From: Spirochaetia bacterium
Lineage (GTDB): Bacteria; Spirochaetota; Spirochaetia; CADAEX01
Direction of reading: 5' to 3'
NCBI GenBank assembly: GCA_963662265.2
Contig: CAXXHA010000035.1
Span: 128,001 to 192,000, forward strand
DNA: 64,000 bases
The position numbers and the translations under genes were made by a program. Shown here piece after piece: positions 28,764 to 38,800 of the stretch. The notes beneath the pieces are model-generated. The model was given only the letters and a program-made list of their open reading frames with translations. It ran no database searches and was not told the origin of the DNA. Each line of letters opens with the position of its first letter. Within the stretch, counting starts at the first letter, position 1.

Positions 28764-29579
28764 TTAGCCCCGTTTTGCAATAATGTGCTGAACCGCTTCA
28801 TAAAAACCTGCAGCATCATTGTTGTCTGTCACATAGGTGGGGTAGTGCTTCATTATAGGAAGGAATTTTCTTATATTGGCAACTGCAATTGTGTATTTGA
28901 GTTCTTTGAACATAGGCTCATCATTCTGGGAATCTCCAGAAAAGAGGATCCTGTCCTGTACTTCTTCAAGCTCTTTGCCGGTAAAATCCTTCAGAAACAT
29001 CCTGAAGCAGGTAAGCTTGTCATAATCTCCGAACCAGCAGTTTATATGTATGCTTGATATTTTATAGACAGCTTTTTCCTCATCAAGGATAGCGCAGATT
29101 CTGTTCATTTCCTCTTCTGAAAGAGGAGCCACATCTTCGCAGAAATCAATTGCAAGGTCTGCGATTCTGAAGTCCTGGTCTGATGCAATACCTGCGTTGG
29201 GGACTTCCTTAATAACTCTGTCCCTTATCCTGTCGAGTTTTTCCCTTCCCTGTCTTCTTTCTTCATCGCTCTGAAGATATTTTCTTACAACTTTTTTCTG
29301 CTGCGGATCATAGGAAAAATAGAAAGCGCCGTTTTCACCGACTACACCTGCAACAGGCCACATCCTTGCTATATGGTCGCACCAGCCTGCAGGTCTTCCT
29401 GTGACAGGTATTATTTTAATTCCCATATCATGCAGTTTCCATATTGCTTCAAAAGTTGATGCAGGGAGAAGACCGTCAGTTGTTATTGTGTCATCGATAT
29501 CTGTAAAAACATATTCCAGGTTCTTGCAGAGGCTTTCCGGGATATCTTTAATTGGAAGATTTTTCATAATATTTACCAT
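28764..29579 (-). CDS. HAD-IIB family hydrolase
   Basis: DIDDT motif I, VTGR motif II and GDSQND motif IV. Confidence 0.9.
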   Translation of the reverse strand: MVNIMKNLPIKDIPESLCKNLEYVFTDIDDTITTDGLLPASTFEAIWKLHDMGIKIIPVTGRPAGWCDHIARMWPVAGVVGENGAFYFSYDPQQKKVVRKYLQSDEERRQGREKLDRIRDRVIKEVPNAGIASDQDFRIADLAIDFCEDVAPLSEEEMNRICAILDEEKAVYKISSIHINCWFGDYDKLTCFRMFLKDFTGKELEEVQDRILFSGDSQNDEPMFKELKYTIAVANIRKFLPIMKHYPTYVTDNNDAAGFYEAVQHIIAKRG

Positions 29580-29703
29580 CCTGTTGTCTTTTTCTGTTCA
29601 ATATTTCAGGGTGGTGGTTCTGAAAATAATTCTTTTCAGCAGAAATATTTATATGAATAATACCCTTAAACCTGTATTTGAATCAACACATAAAATGTTG
29701 CAT

Positions 29704-29732
29704 TTGACAATAAAAATAAAAGGTGTTTTAAT
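29704..29732 (+). promoter_or_regulatory. Putative sigma70 promoter of the DeoR-family gene (leaderless)
   Basis: TTGACA-N17-TTTAAT with extended TG and 6 nt before ATG 29739. Confidence 0.6.
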
Positions 29733-29738
29733 TTTGAT

Positions 29739-30530
29739 ATGAATGAAACACCTTCTGATAAAATGATTCCTGCGGAAAGGCATAAGAAAATAATAGAACT
29801 TCTGAAACTCAAATCTGCAGTCAAGGCTGCAGATTTGAGTGAACTGTTTGATGTGGCGCCCCTTACAATAAGACGGGACCTCGACCTGCTTGAAAGAAAA
29901 GGTGTTCTTGAAAGGAGCCACGGAGGTGCTGTCCTCCGGCAGAGCATGCGGGATGAGCCTTCCTTTTATCAGAAAGACAACTCTCTCACAGATGAAAAAA
30001 TAGAACTTGCAAAGGCTGTTGTTGAACTGATTGAAGACGGAGATACGATTTTTATAAACTCCGGTTCAACAAACAGGCAGGTGCTTGAACAGCTTGCATC
30101 CGGGGAAAAAAAGGTCAGGATAATTACGAACAACACATGGGCTGTTGAAATATTCAGAAACAGCGATATCGAACTTCTTATTCTCGGCGGAGTCTACAGA
30201 AGCAGCGCCCGCTCTCTTGCCGGAAGTTTCACTTCCGATGCACTTAGAAAGGTTTTTGCAAACAAGGCTGTAATCGGCGTGGACGGTGTGAGTCTTAAAC
30301 ACGGCCTTACTACACCGGCAGAGCCTGAGGCAGAAGTTGCGCGGCTTATGATTGAGCAGACATCGGGAGATGTCATTATTGCTGCAGACCATTCAAAAAT
30401 CGGGGTTGTATCAAATTTTCTCATATCTACAATTGATAAGGTAAGCTGTATTGTTACAGACAGAAAGGCAGAGACGCTTATTGATGATGAGGAGTTTGAG
30501 AAAAACGGGACACGGGTGGTGTTTTCCTGA
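29739..30530 (+). CDS. DeoR/GlpR family transcriptional regulator
   Basis: TIRRDL...RSHGGA HTH, NSGST, ITNN and DHSK motifs. Confidence 0.94.
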   Translation: MNETPSDKMIPAERHKKIIELLKLKSAVKAADLSELFDVAPLTIRRDLDLLERKGVLERSHGGAVLRQSMRDEPSFYQKDNSLTDEKIELAKAVVELIEDGDTIFINSGSTNRQVLEQLASGEKKVRIITNNTWAVEIFRNSDIELLILGGVYRSSARSLAGSFTSDALRKVFANKAVIGVDGVSLKHGLTTPAEPEAEVARLMIEQTSGDVIIAADHSKIGVVSNFLISTIDKVSCIVTDRKAETLIDDEEFEKNGTRVVFS

Positions 30531-30768
30531 TTTAGTATGAATAAGTTATGTATTTTGTAAAAATATCAATCACTTTATTTGTAAGCTTTAAAATAAAAGA
30601 ATAATTCGTTGTAAACTAATATCCGTACTCAAAAAATATGGTTTTATTCTGATTTCTGTGTAATAATCAAACTATAGTTATTAATATTAATGATTAAAAG
30701 TAAATACTGTTATTATGTTGATCTGTTTGTAAATAAGCAGTTGGCAGCAGAATAGAATTAAAAAGTTT

Positions 30769-33700
30769 ATGAAACATGAAATATACCAATTTCAAAAAAA
30801 TAGAATATTGAATAGAACTTCCTCTTCAATTAGGCCTGATGAATTTAACAAAATGCTTGAAGAATACAATAAGGTTAATTGTGAATATCTTATTCAACCT
30901 GTTTTGTATGAAGAGTCTGGAAATACAGGTATTCTTTCATATGAGAAAGATTTTATTGTTCCATATAAGAAGATAACAGAATATAAAAGACTGACTGATA
31001 AGGATTTTATTTCATTGTGTATATCTGCAGTTGAAGCAGTAGGCGCTCTTTATGAATGCCGCTTTGCTGCATGTACAATACATCCTTCATCCCTGTATTG
31101 TCTACCTGACTATACTGTTAGACTGCTTCTCCCCGGATTTATACCTGTAGAGGATGAACGGGAATATCTTTTCTACTCTGCTCCTGAAGTATCAACTCAG
31201 ACAGATTTTGATAACGTTGAATCAGTAAGCAGAATGATTTTCTACTCTCTGGGGCTTATCTTATATGAAGTGTTTACTGGAGAAAAATTATGCAGCTCAA
31301 ATGAAGTTCTTGAAACATTTCACAGGAAAATGACAGACCGGAAACTGATTTCTTCTGGAAAAAAAAGTGTGTTGAATATCTTTGATAAAATGACAGCACT
31401 TAATCCGCAGGAGCGGTACCATTGTGCTTCAGAAATAATACATGATTTAAAATACTGTCTTAAAAAATGTTCAAGTTCAGAATCAGAAGAGGCAGCGCTG
31501 GAATTCCATGAAGAGAGAGATTTTTCATTTTCAGTTTTCAGAATATCACGTGAGATTGAGGGACGTGAAAAAGAGACAGCTTTGCTGGAAAAATCATTCA
31601 GAGATACAGCAAATGGAAAAAGCCGTATTGTTTTTGTTAGCGGATATTCAGGCATCGGAAAAACATCTTTAGTAAGCAATTTTCTTGAAATTATTCACTC
31701 TGCTTCCGGTTTTATCTTAAAAGGAAAATTTGATCAGTATAATAACAGTCCATATACTGGATTTGTTCAGATATTCAGTACTCTTTTTGGAAAGCTTCTT
31801 CAGTTTGATGAAGATAAACTGTCGTTATACCGTGACAGAATAATAAAACTTCTCGGAAGAAACGGAAAACTTTTAACAGATATTGTTCCTGTGCTTGAAA
31901 AAATTACAGGCTGTTATTCAGAACCGGAAGTAACAGGTGCTGTTGAAGTTAATAATTATATTACATATATGTTTCATAAGCTGCTTTCTTTATTTGCATC
32001 TTCTGAAAAACCTATTGTAATATTTCTTGATGATCTTCAGTGGTGCGATAGAGCGTCATATTATCTTTTAAATTATATACTTAATCTGTTTCATTTGTAT
32101 GATAATATTTTTATTATTGCTGCATATCGTGATAATGAATTAAATGATGAATTAAAAACAATTGTAAAAAGCGCTGTAAAGAGAAAAGAAAATTATTTAA
32201 GTATTTCTTTAGATTCTCTTTCTGCTGATCATACAGGAGAGATTATTAATAAAACATTTAATATTAATAATGCTTTTCTAAAAAAAATAGTTTATGAAAA
32301 AACTGATGGAAATCCGTTTTTTATAAATCAGTTTCTTTTAAACTGTGTCAGAGAAAAAAGTATTTATTTTAATGAAAATACTCAATCATGGGATTATGAT
32401 ATAAATGTAATTGATAAAGTCCCCCCTGCTGCTGATATTTGTCTGGTTTCCCTGGAAGCTGGGCTGAAAAATAATTCTGAAATGATCCAGCTGCTCAAGA
32501 TAATTTCCTGTAACGGAGGCTCCTCTTTTGAGAAGGAAATATATGAATTATCCGGATTGAGTATGGAAAGATATGAGAAAGCTTTGTATTTAGCGCTGGA
32601 TGCCGGATATCTTAAATTTACAGGATCAGATAATGAGAAGATATCATTTTCGCATGACCGTATCTACCAGGCATCATATTCTCTGATTCCAGACAGTAAA
32701 AAATATATATATCATAAAAATACAGCTGAGTACCTTATCAGATCACTCTCAGATAAGGAAACAGAAAACCGCATTTTTGATATTACTGATCAGCTTATAA
32801 GATCATATAAATTGAAACCTGATAATGAAATTGTTTCTGATAGCCAGGTTTTATTTCTTGCCGAATACTGCTTCAGAGCAGGAGATAGAGCTCTTTCAAT
32901 AGCCGCATGGCAGTCTTCTTTAAAGTATTTCAAAACAGCTCTTGAGGTTTTTTCTGATACAGAGTGGATAAATCATTATGATTTTTCATTAAAACTTTAT
33001 ACAAGGGGTGCAGAATCTGCTCTTCTAAATCAGGAATATGAATTGATGGGAAAACTCATTTCCAGAGTTAAAGAAAAGGCCCATGATATTCTTGATATCA
33101 TACCTGCTTTGAAAATTCGGGGAATGTCATATATGGCAAGAGCAAGGCTTCCAGATGCCGTAGACCTGGGGAAACAGATACTTTTGCTTCTTGGAATAAA
33201 GATTCCTGAAAAGCATATCAAATTACATACTTTCATAGAGAGTTTAAAAGTCCGTTTTTATCTTAAATATGGCAATCGGAATGATCCTGAAACGGATAGA
33301 AAAACAGCTGTTCTTCTTGATTCTCTTATATTTACTTTTTCTCCGGCATACCTTGCTGCCCCGGAACTGTTTCCTGTAATTGTTCTAAAACAAATACCGT
33401 TATACGGAATGAATAAGACACATCCATTGTATCCTTTTTCAATGATTCTTTACAGTTTGTATCTGATTGCATCGGGAAATATTGATATTGCATATAAATA
33501 TGGTAAAGAAGCTCATGATCTGGTAGTAAATAATAATCATACTTACTTAATTCCTAAAATAAATTTTCTTTTTTCTCTATTTGTAAAACATTGGAAAGAT
33601 CCATTATCAGAATCTATGATGCTTTTCCGTGAAGGTTATAAAAATGGTATTTCATCAGGTGATTTTGAATATGTAACATATTGTATGAGTGCTGAGACTA

Positions 33701-35874
33701 TGAATTACATTTTTTCAGGTGATTATCTTCCGGAAGCTTTCAAGCAGATGTCTGATAATTACAGAGCTGTGAAAAATATGGGACAACAGCGTAATATGGA
33801 AACTATGAATATAAATAATTTAGTTGTTAGTAATTTATTGGCAATTACAGGAGACTGGAAAAGTCTTTCTACAGATACTTTTAATGAGGACTCAAATCTT
33901 GAAAGTCGGAAGGCTATAAATGAAACAAGCTATATTGGTATCTATTATCTTTATAAAATGATTTTGTCTGTCTGCTATGGGAATTATTCTGATGGAGCGG
34001 AATATCTTGATAAAGCTAAAGAGTATATAAAGGCTACAGTAGGGCAGACTTCAATTCAAGCATATTGTTTTTATTCTGCAATAATTAATTCGGAAAATTA
34101 CCGATTAAACAATCAGAGAAGTCGAAAACAATTGGAAGGAATTCTTTTTTCAATAAAGAACCTTTCTCAATGGGCAAAGCATTCTCCTGAAAACCAGCTA
34201 CACAGACTTTATCATGTAAAAGCTGAGTATTACTCAATTAAAAAAAAATATGATAAAGCATCCATGTATTTTAAACTTGCAATTAAAACTGCAGGAAGGA
34301 ATGGTTATATAAATGAGAAGGCTCTTGCGCTTGAAAGATTTGCTGAGTTTTATTTTTCCCGAAAAATGGAAAATGAGGGTGTCGGATATGTCGTTGAATC
34401 GTTTAACGCCTACAAAAAATGGGGAGCAAAAAGAAAGCTAATTCTTATGAAGGAACAGTATCCTGAAATACTTTCCTCATATAACACTCTGCTCCCCCAT
34501 GAGGAAAAAGAACGAATTACTGTTTTTACAGATTTTATTGACCGAGATGCGCTTGCAAAAGCAACCGGTACAATACTGTCAGAAATAAAGCAGTCTTCAT
34601 TATTTGAAAAACTTCTGACTATTCTTCTTCAGTATGCGGGTGCAGAAAGCGGCTATCTTTATGTTACGGTCAATGGAATAGACCGGTTTGCTGCTTCTGC
34701 CGAAACGGTATCAGGGAAAATATCAGTAAGAACTGTATCCTGTTTCGGATCTGAAAAAATATCAAAAGAAAATTCTTTTTATAAATCTATTGTTAATTAT
34801 ACAGGAAGAACTCATGAAATCTTTAATCTTCCTTCTGATAATCCTGAAATTAATCCAGGCTTGTTTTCTGATTATAAGGATATTTCGGTTCTCTGTATTC
34901 CAATAATCCGGCAGAGTAAAAAGCAGGGGATAATACTGCTTGTAAATACAATAAATCGATCAGGTTTCAGTAAAAAAACAGAACAGATGATAAAAGTTAT
35001 TGCATCCCAGGCATCAATTGCTCTTGAAAATGCAAGACTTTATTCAGAACTTGAAAAACAGATAAATATTCAGAATGATCTTAAAAAGGAGGGGCGGGTT
35101 CAGATTCAGAAACTTATGGATTCTGATAAGTTTGCATCAATCGGCTTTCTTCTTGAAGAACTTGCACATGAAATAAGCAATCCTAACCAGGCCGTTCTTT
35201 TGAGATCTTCATACCTTGAAGATGCATGTGAAAACATGATGAAACTTGCTGATGAATATTATGAAGAGGAAGGTGATTTTGATGTCGGAATAGAAATGTA
35301 TTCCGAATTCCGTAAAAATTTCCCCGAAGCCTTAGCTGCAATTACATCATCTTCAAGGCAGATAAATGCAATAATAAAAAACCTGAAAAGCTATATAAAA
35401 AATGAAAATATTCATGAAATAAATCATGTTGATCTGAATGAAGTTGTAGAAGAAACTGTCAGGCTTTCTTCTTTTTTTATCAGAAAAAAAACTTCCCGGT
35501 TTTATTTTAACAGGGGGAATGTCCCTCCTGTAGTTGGTAACTTTCAGAGACTTCAGCAGGTCATGCTTAATCTTATTCAGAACAGTTGTCTGTCGCTTTC
35601 TTCTCAGGACAAATGTATTAATATAAAAACAGAGTTTGACTGTCAAAGAAAATATGCTGTTATCACAGTAAATGATGAAGGAGAAGGGATATCTGAAGAG
35701 GAGGTGTTGAGAGCTAAGGAAAGATTTTTTACTACAAGAGGGAATAGAGGAGGAACAGGGTTGGGGCTTTCTGTATCTGATTCCATAATAAAAGAACATG
35801 GCGGAGAACTTATAATCTCATCAGTTCCTGGTGAAGGTACTGAAGTAAAAGTCTGCCTGCCTGTTGAGAAATAG
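30769..35874 (+). CDS. Hybrid sensor 1: degenerate Ser/Thr kinase-like, AAA ATPase, helical repeats, GAF and histidine kinase domains
   Basis: Walker A GYSGIGKT, Walker B FLDDLQW, GNPFF, H-box LAHEISNP and G-boxes DEGEGI and GTGLGL. Confidence 0.9.
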   Translation: MKHEIYQFQKNRILNRTSSSIRPDEFNKMLEEYNKVNCEYLIQPVLYEESGNTGILSYEKDFIVPYKKITEYKRLTDKDFISLCISAVEAVGALYECRFAACTIHPSSLYCLPDYTVRLLLPGFIPVEDEREYLFYSAPEVSTQTDFDNVESVSRMIFYSLGLILYEVFTGEKLCSSNEVLETFHRKMTDRKLISSGKKSVLNIFDKMTALNPQERYHCASEIIHDLKYCLKKCSSSESEEAALEFHEERDFSFSVFRISREIEGREKETALLEKSFRDTANGKSRIVFVSGYSGIGKTSLVSNFLEIIHSASGFILKGKFDQYNNSPYTGFVQIFSTLFGKLLQFDEDKLSLYRDRIIKLLGRNGKLLTDIVPVLEKITGCYSEPEVTGAVEVNNYITYMFHKLLSLFASSEKPIVIFLDDLQWCDRASYYLLNYILNLFHLYDNIFIIAAYRDNELNDELKTIVKSAVKRKENYLSISLDSLSADHTGEIINKTFNINNAFLKKIVYEKTDGNPFFINQFLLNCVREKSIYFNENTQSWDYDINVIDKVPPAADICLVSLEAGLKNNSEMIQLLKIISCNGGSSFEKEIYELSGLSMERYEKALYLALDAGYLKFTGSDNEKISFSHDRIYQASYSLIPDSKKYIYHKNTAEYLIRSLSDKETENRIFDITDQLIRSYKLKPDNEIVSDSQVLFLAEYCFRAGDRALSIAAWQSSLKYFKTALEVFSDTEWINHYDFSLKLYTRGAESALLNQEYELMGKLISRVKEKAHDILDIIPALKIRGMSYMARARLPDAVDLGKQILLLLGIKIPEKHIKLHTFIESLKVRFYLKYGNRNDPETDRKTAVLLDSLIFTFSPAYLAAPELFPVIVLKQIPLYGMNKTHPLYPFSMILYSLYLIASGNIDIAYKYGKEAHDLVVNNNHTYLIPKINFLFSLFVKHWKDPLSESMMLFREGYKNGISSGDFEYVTYCMSAETMNYIFSGDYLPEAFKQMSDNYRAVKNMGQQRNMETMNINNLVVSNLLAITGDWKSLSTDTFNEDSNLESRKAINETSYIGIYYLYKMILSVCYGNYSDGAEYLDKAKEYIKATVGQTSIQAYCFYSAIINSENYRLNNQRSRKQLEGILFSIKNLSQWAKHSPENQLHRLYHVKAEYYSIKKKYDKASMYFKLAIKTAGRNGYINEKALALERFAEFYFSRKMENEGVGYVVESFNAYKKWGAKRKLILMKEQYPEILSSYNTLLPHEEKERITVFTDFIDRDALAKATGTILSEIKQSSLFEKLLTILLQYAGAESGYLYVTVNGIDRFAASAETVSGKISVRTVSCFGSEKISKENSFYKSIVNYTGRTHEIFNLPSDNPEINPGLFSDYKDISVLCIPIIRQSKKQGIILLVNTINRSGFSKKTEQMIKVIASQASIALENARLYSELEKQINIQNDLKKEGRVQIQKLMDSDKFASIGFLLEELAHEISNPNQAVLLRSSYLEDACENMMKLADEYYEEEGDFDVGIEMYSEFRKNFPEALAAITSSSRQINAIIKNLKSYIKNENIHEINHVDLNEVVEETVRLSSFFIRKKTSRFYFNRGNVPPVVGNFQRLQQVMLNLIQNSCLSLSSQDKCINIKTEFDCQRKYAVITVNDEGEGISEEEVLRAKERFFTTRGNRGGTGLGLSVSDSIIKEHGGELIISSVPGEGTEVKVCLPVEK
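31387..32049 (+). repeat. Near-identical block 1, partner at 36472-37134
   Basis: Direct repeat at offset 5085 bp with only scattered substitutions; covers the ATPase core. Confidence 0.9.
32500..33374 (+). repeat. Near-identical block 2, partner at 37585-38459
   Basis: Direct repeat at offset 5085 bp with only scattered substitutions. Confidence 0.9.
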
Positions 35875-35880
35875 TATAAT

Positions 35881-38800
35881 ATGATAAATAAAATATATAA
35901 ATTTGAAAAAAATGATAAATTTAATAAAGATGTATTTTATCAGAAACTGAATGAATACAATAGCGTTGAATGCTCCTCTCTTATCAGTCCTGTAATATAT
36001 GATGAATCAGGTAATACAGGGATACTGTCATCTGAGGATGATTCTTTTTTCCTCTATAAACCGATTGCAGAATATAAAAAATTAACAGATGAAGACTTTA
36101 TAAAATTCTGTATATCTGCTGTAGAGGCGCTTTCTGATCTCCATAAAAGTGGATCAGATTTTGGAACGATTCATCCGGTATCAATTTATTATCTTTCTGA
36201 CGGCCCTGTCAGGTTCCTTCTTCCCGGATTTATTCCGCTAAATGATGAGAGTGAATTACTTTATTATGCATCCCCCGAAGCATTGGCTGATTCCGGGGAA
36301 GAGGAAAGGTCTGGTTGTATAAAAGACTACTATACACTTGGAATAATATTGCTGGAAATATTTACAGGTGAAAAGAAATATTTATTCAATACTGCACTTG
36401 AAACATTTCACCGCAAGATGACAACTGTGACTTCCCCTGCATCAGGGGAAGGTATATTTAATATCTTTAATAAAATGACAGCACTTAATCCGCAAGAAAG
36501 GTACCAGAGTGCTTCAGAAATAATACATGATTTTAAATACTGTCTTAAAAAATGTTCAAGTTCAGAATCAGAAGAGGCCTCGCTGGAATTCCATGAAGAG
36601 AGAGATTTTTCATTTTCAGTTTTCAGAATATCATGTGAGATTGAGGGCCGTGAAAAAGAGACAGCTTTGCTTGAAAAATCATTCAGAGATACAGCAAATG
36701 GAAAAAGCCGTATTGTTTTTGTTAGCGGATATTCAGGTATCGGAAAAACATCTTTAGTAAGCAATTTTCTTGAAATTATTCACCCTGCTTCCGGTTTTAT
36801 CCTAAAAGGAAAATTTGATCAGTATAATAACAGTCCATATACTGGATTTGTTCAGATATTCAGTACTCTTTTCGGAAAGCTTCTTCAGTTTGATGAAGAT
36901 AAACTGTCGTTATACCGTGACAGAATAATAAAACTTCTCGGAAGAAGCGGAAAACTTTTAACAGATATTGTTCCTGTGCTTGAAAAAATTACAGGCTGTT
37001 ATTCAGAACCGGAAGTAACAGGTGCTGTTGAAGTTAATAATTATATTACATATATGTTTCATAAGCTGCTTTCTTTATTTGCATCTTCTGAAAAACCTAT
37101 TGTAATATTTCTTGATGATCTTCAGTGGTGCGATTGCGCATCTTTTAATCTTCTTAAAAATCTTTATAAAACTCTTTATATGTATGAGAATTTACTGATA
37201 ATAGCAGCCTACCGAGATAATGAAATAAACAGTGAACTTGAAAAAATATTAAAAGTCTGTTCAGAGGGAATGATTGATTATCTTAATATAGAACTTTCTT
37301 CTCTTTCTCCTGAGCAAACCGGTTGTATTCTTGATAAATCATTTTCTATAAACGATATTGTATTCAAAGAAATAATACACGAAAAGACAGATGGCAATCC
37401 TTTTTTAATCAACAGTTTTCTATCAAGCTGCTTTAATAAGAATTATATATATTTTAATAAAGATAAATGTATCTGGAATTGGATAAAAGAGGAAATTGAA
37501 AAAGAACCGTTCGCAGGGGAGATTTATAAACACTTTTCAAATACTGTTAAAAAATATGATCCCGACATGATTGAGCTACTTAAAATAATTTCCTGTAACG
37601 GCGGCTCCTCTCTTGAGAAAGAATTATATGAATTATCCGGATTGAGTATGGAAAAATATGAGAAAGCTTTGTATTTGGCGCTGGATGCCGGATATCTTAA
37701 ATTTACAGGATCAGATAATAAAAAGATATCATTTTCTCATGACCGTATCTACCAGGCATCATATTCTCTGATTCCAGACAGTAAAAAATATATATATCAT
37801 AAAAATACAGCTGAGTACCTTATCAGATCACTCTCAGATACGGAAACAGAAAACCGTATTTTTGATATTACTGATCAGCTTATACGAGCATATGAATTAA
37901 AACCTGATAATGAAATTGTTTCTGATAGCCAGGTTTTATTTCTTGCTGAATACTGCTTCCGAGCAGGAGATAGGGCTCTTTCAACAGCAGCATGGCAGCC
38001 TTCTTTAAAGTATTTCAAAACAGCTCTTGAAGTTTTTTCTGATACAGAGTGGATAAATCATTATGATTTTTCATTAAAACTTTATACAAGGGGTGCAGAA
38101 TCTGCTCTTTTAAATCAGGAATATGAATTGATGGAAAAACTCATTTCCAGAGTTGAAGAAAAGGCCCATGATATTCTTGATATCATACCTGCTTTGAAAA
38201 TTCGGGGAATGTCATATATGGCAAGAGCAAGGCTTCCAGATGCCGTAGACCTGGGGAAACAGATACTTTTGCTTCTTGGAATAAAGATTCCTGAAAAGCA
38301 TATCAAATTACATACTTTTATAGAGAGTTTAAAAGTCCGTTTTTATCTTAAATATGGCACCCGGAATGAACATGAAACGGATAGAAAAACAGCTGTTCTT
38401 CTTGATTCTCTTATATTTACTTTTTCACCGGCATACCTCGCAGCCCCGGAACTGTTCCCAATAATAGTTCTCAAACAGTTACCACTGTATGAAAAAAATA
38501 CAAGTTATCCTCTTTATCCTTTTTCTTTGATTCTTTACAGTCTTGTTTTATTTGGTTTAAGTAAAATTAAAGTTGCTTCTGTTTATGCTGAAAATGCTTT
38601 CAAGATTACTTTACAAAATAATAATAAATTTCTTTTACCTAAAATATCATTTCTGTTTACCCAGTTTTTAATTCACTGGACAATGCCATTATCCGAGACT
38701 ATAAAGTTTTTCCAGAAGGGATATAAAGATGGTCTGGTGTCCGGTGATTTTGAGTATGTTGGCTATACACTTGCCTGTGAACTCAATAATCGTTTATATA

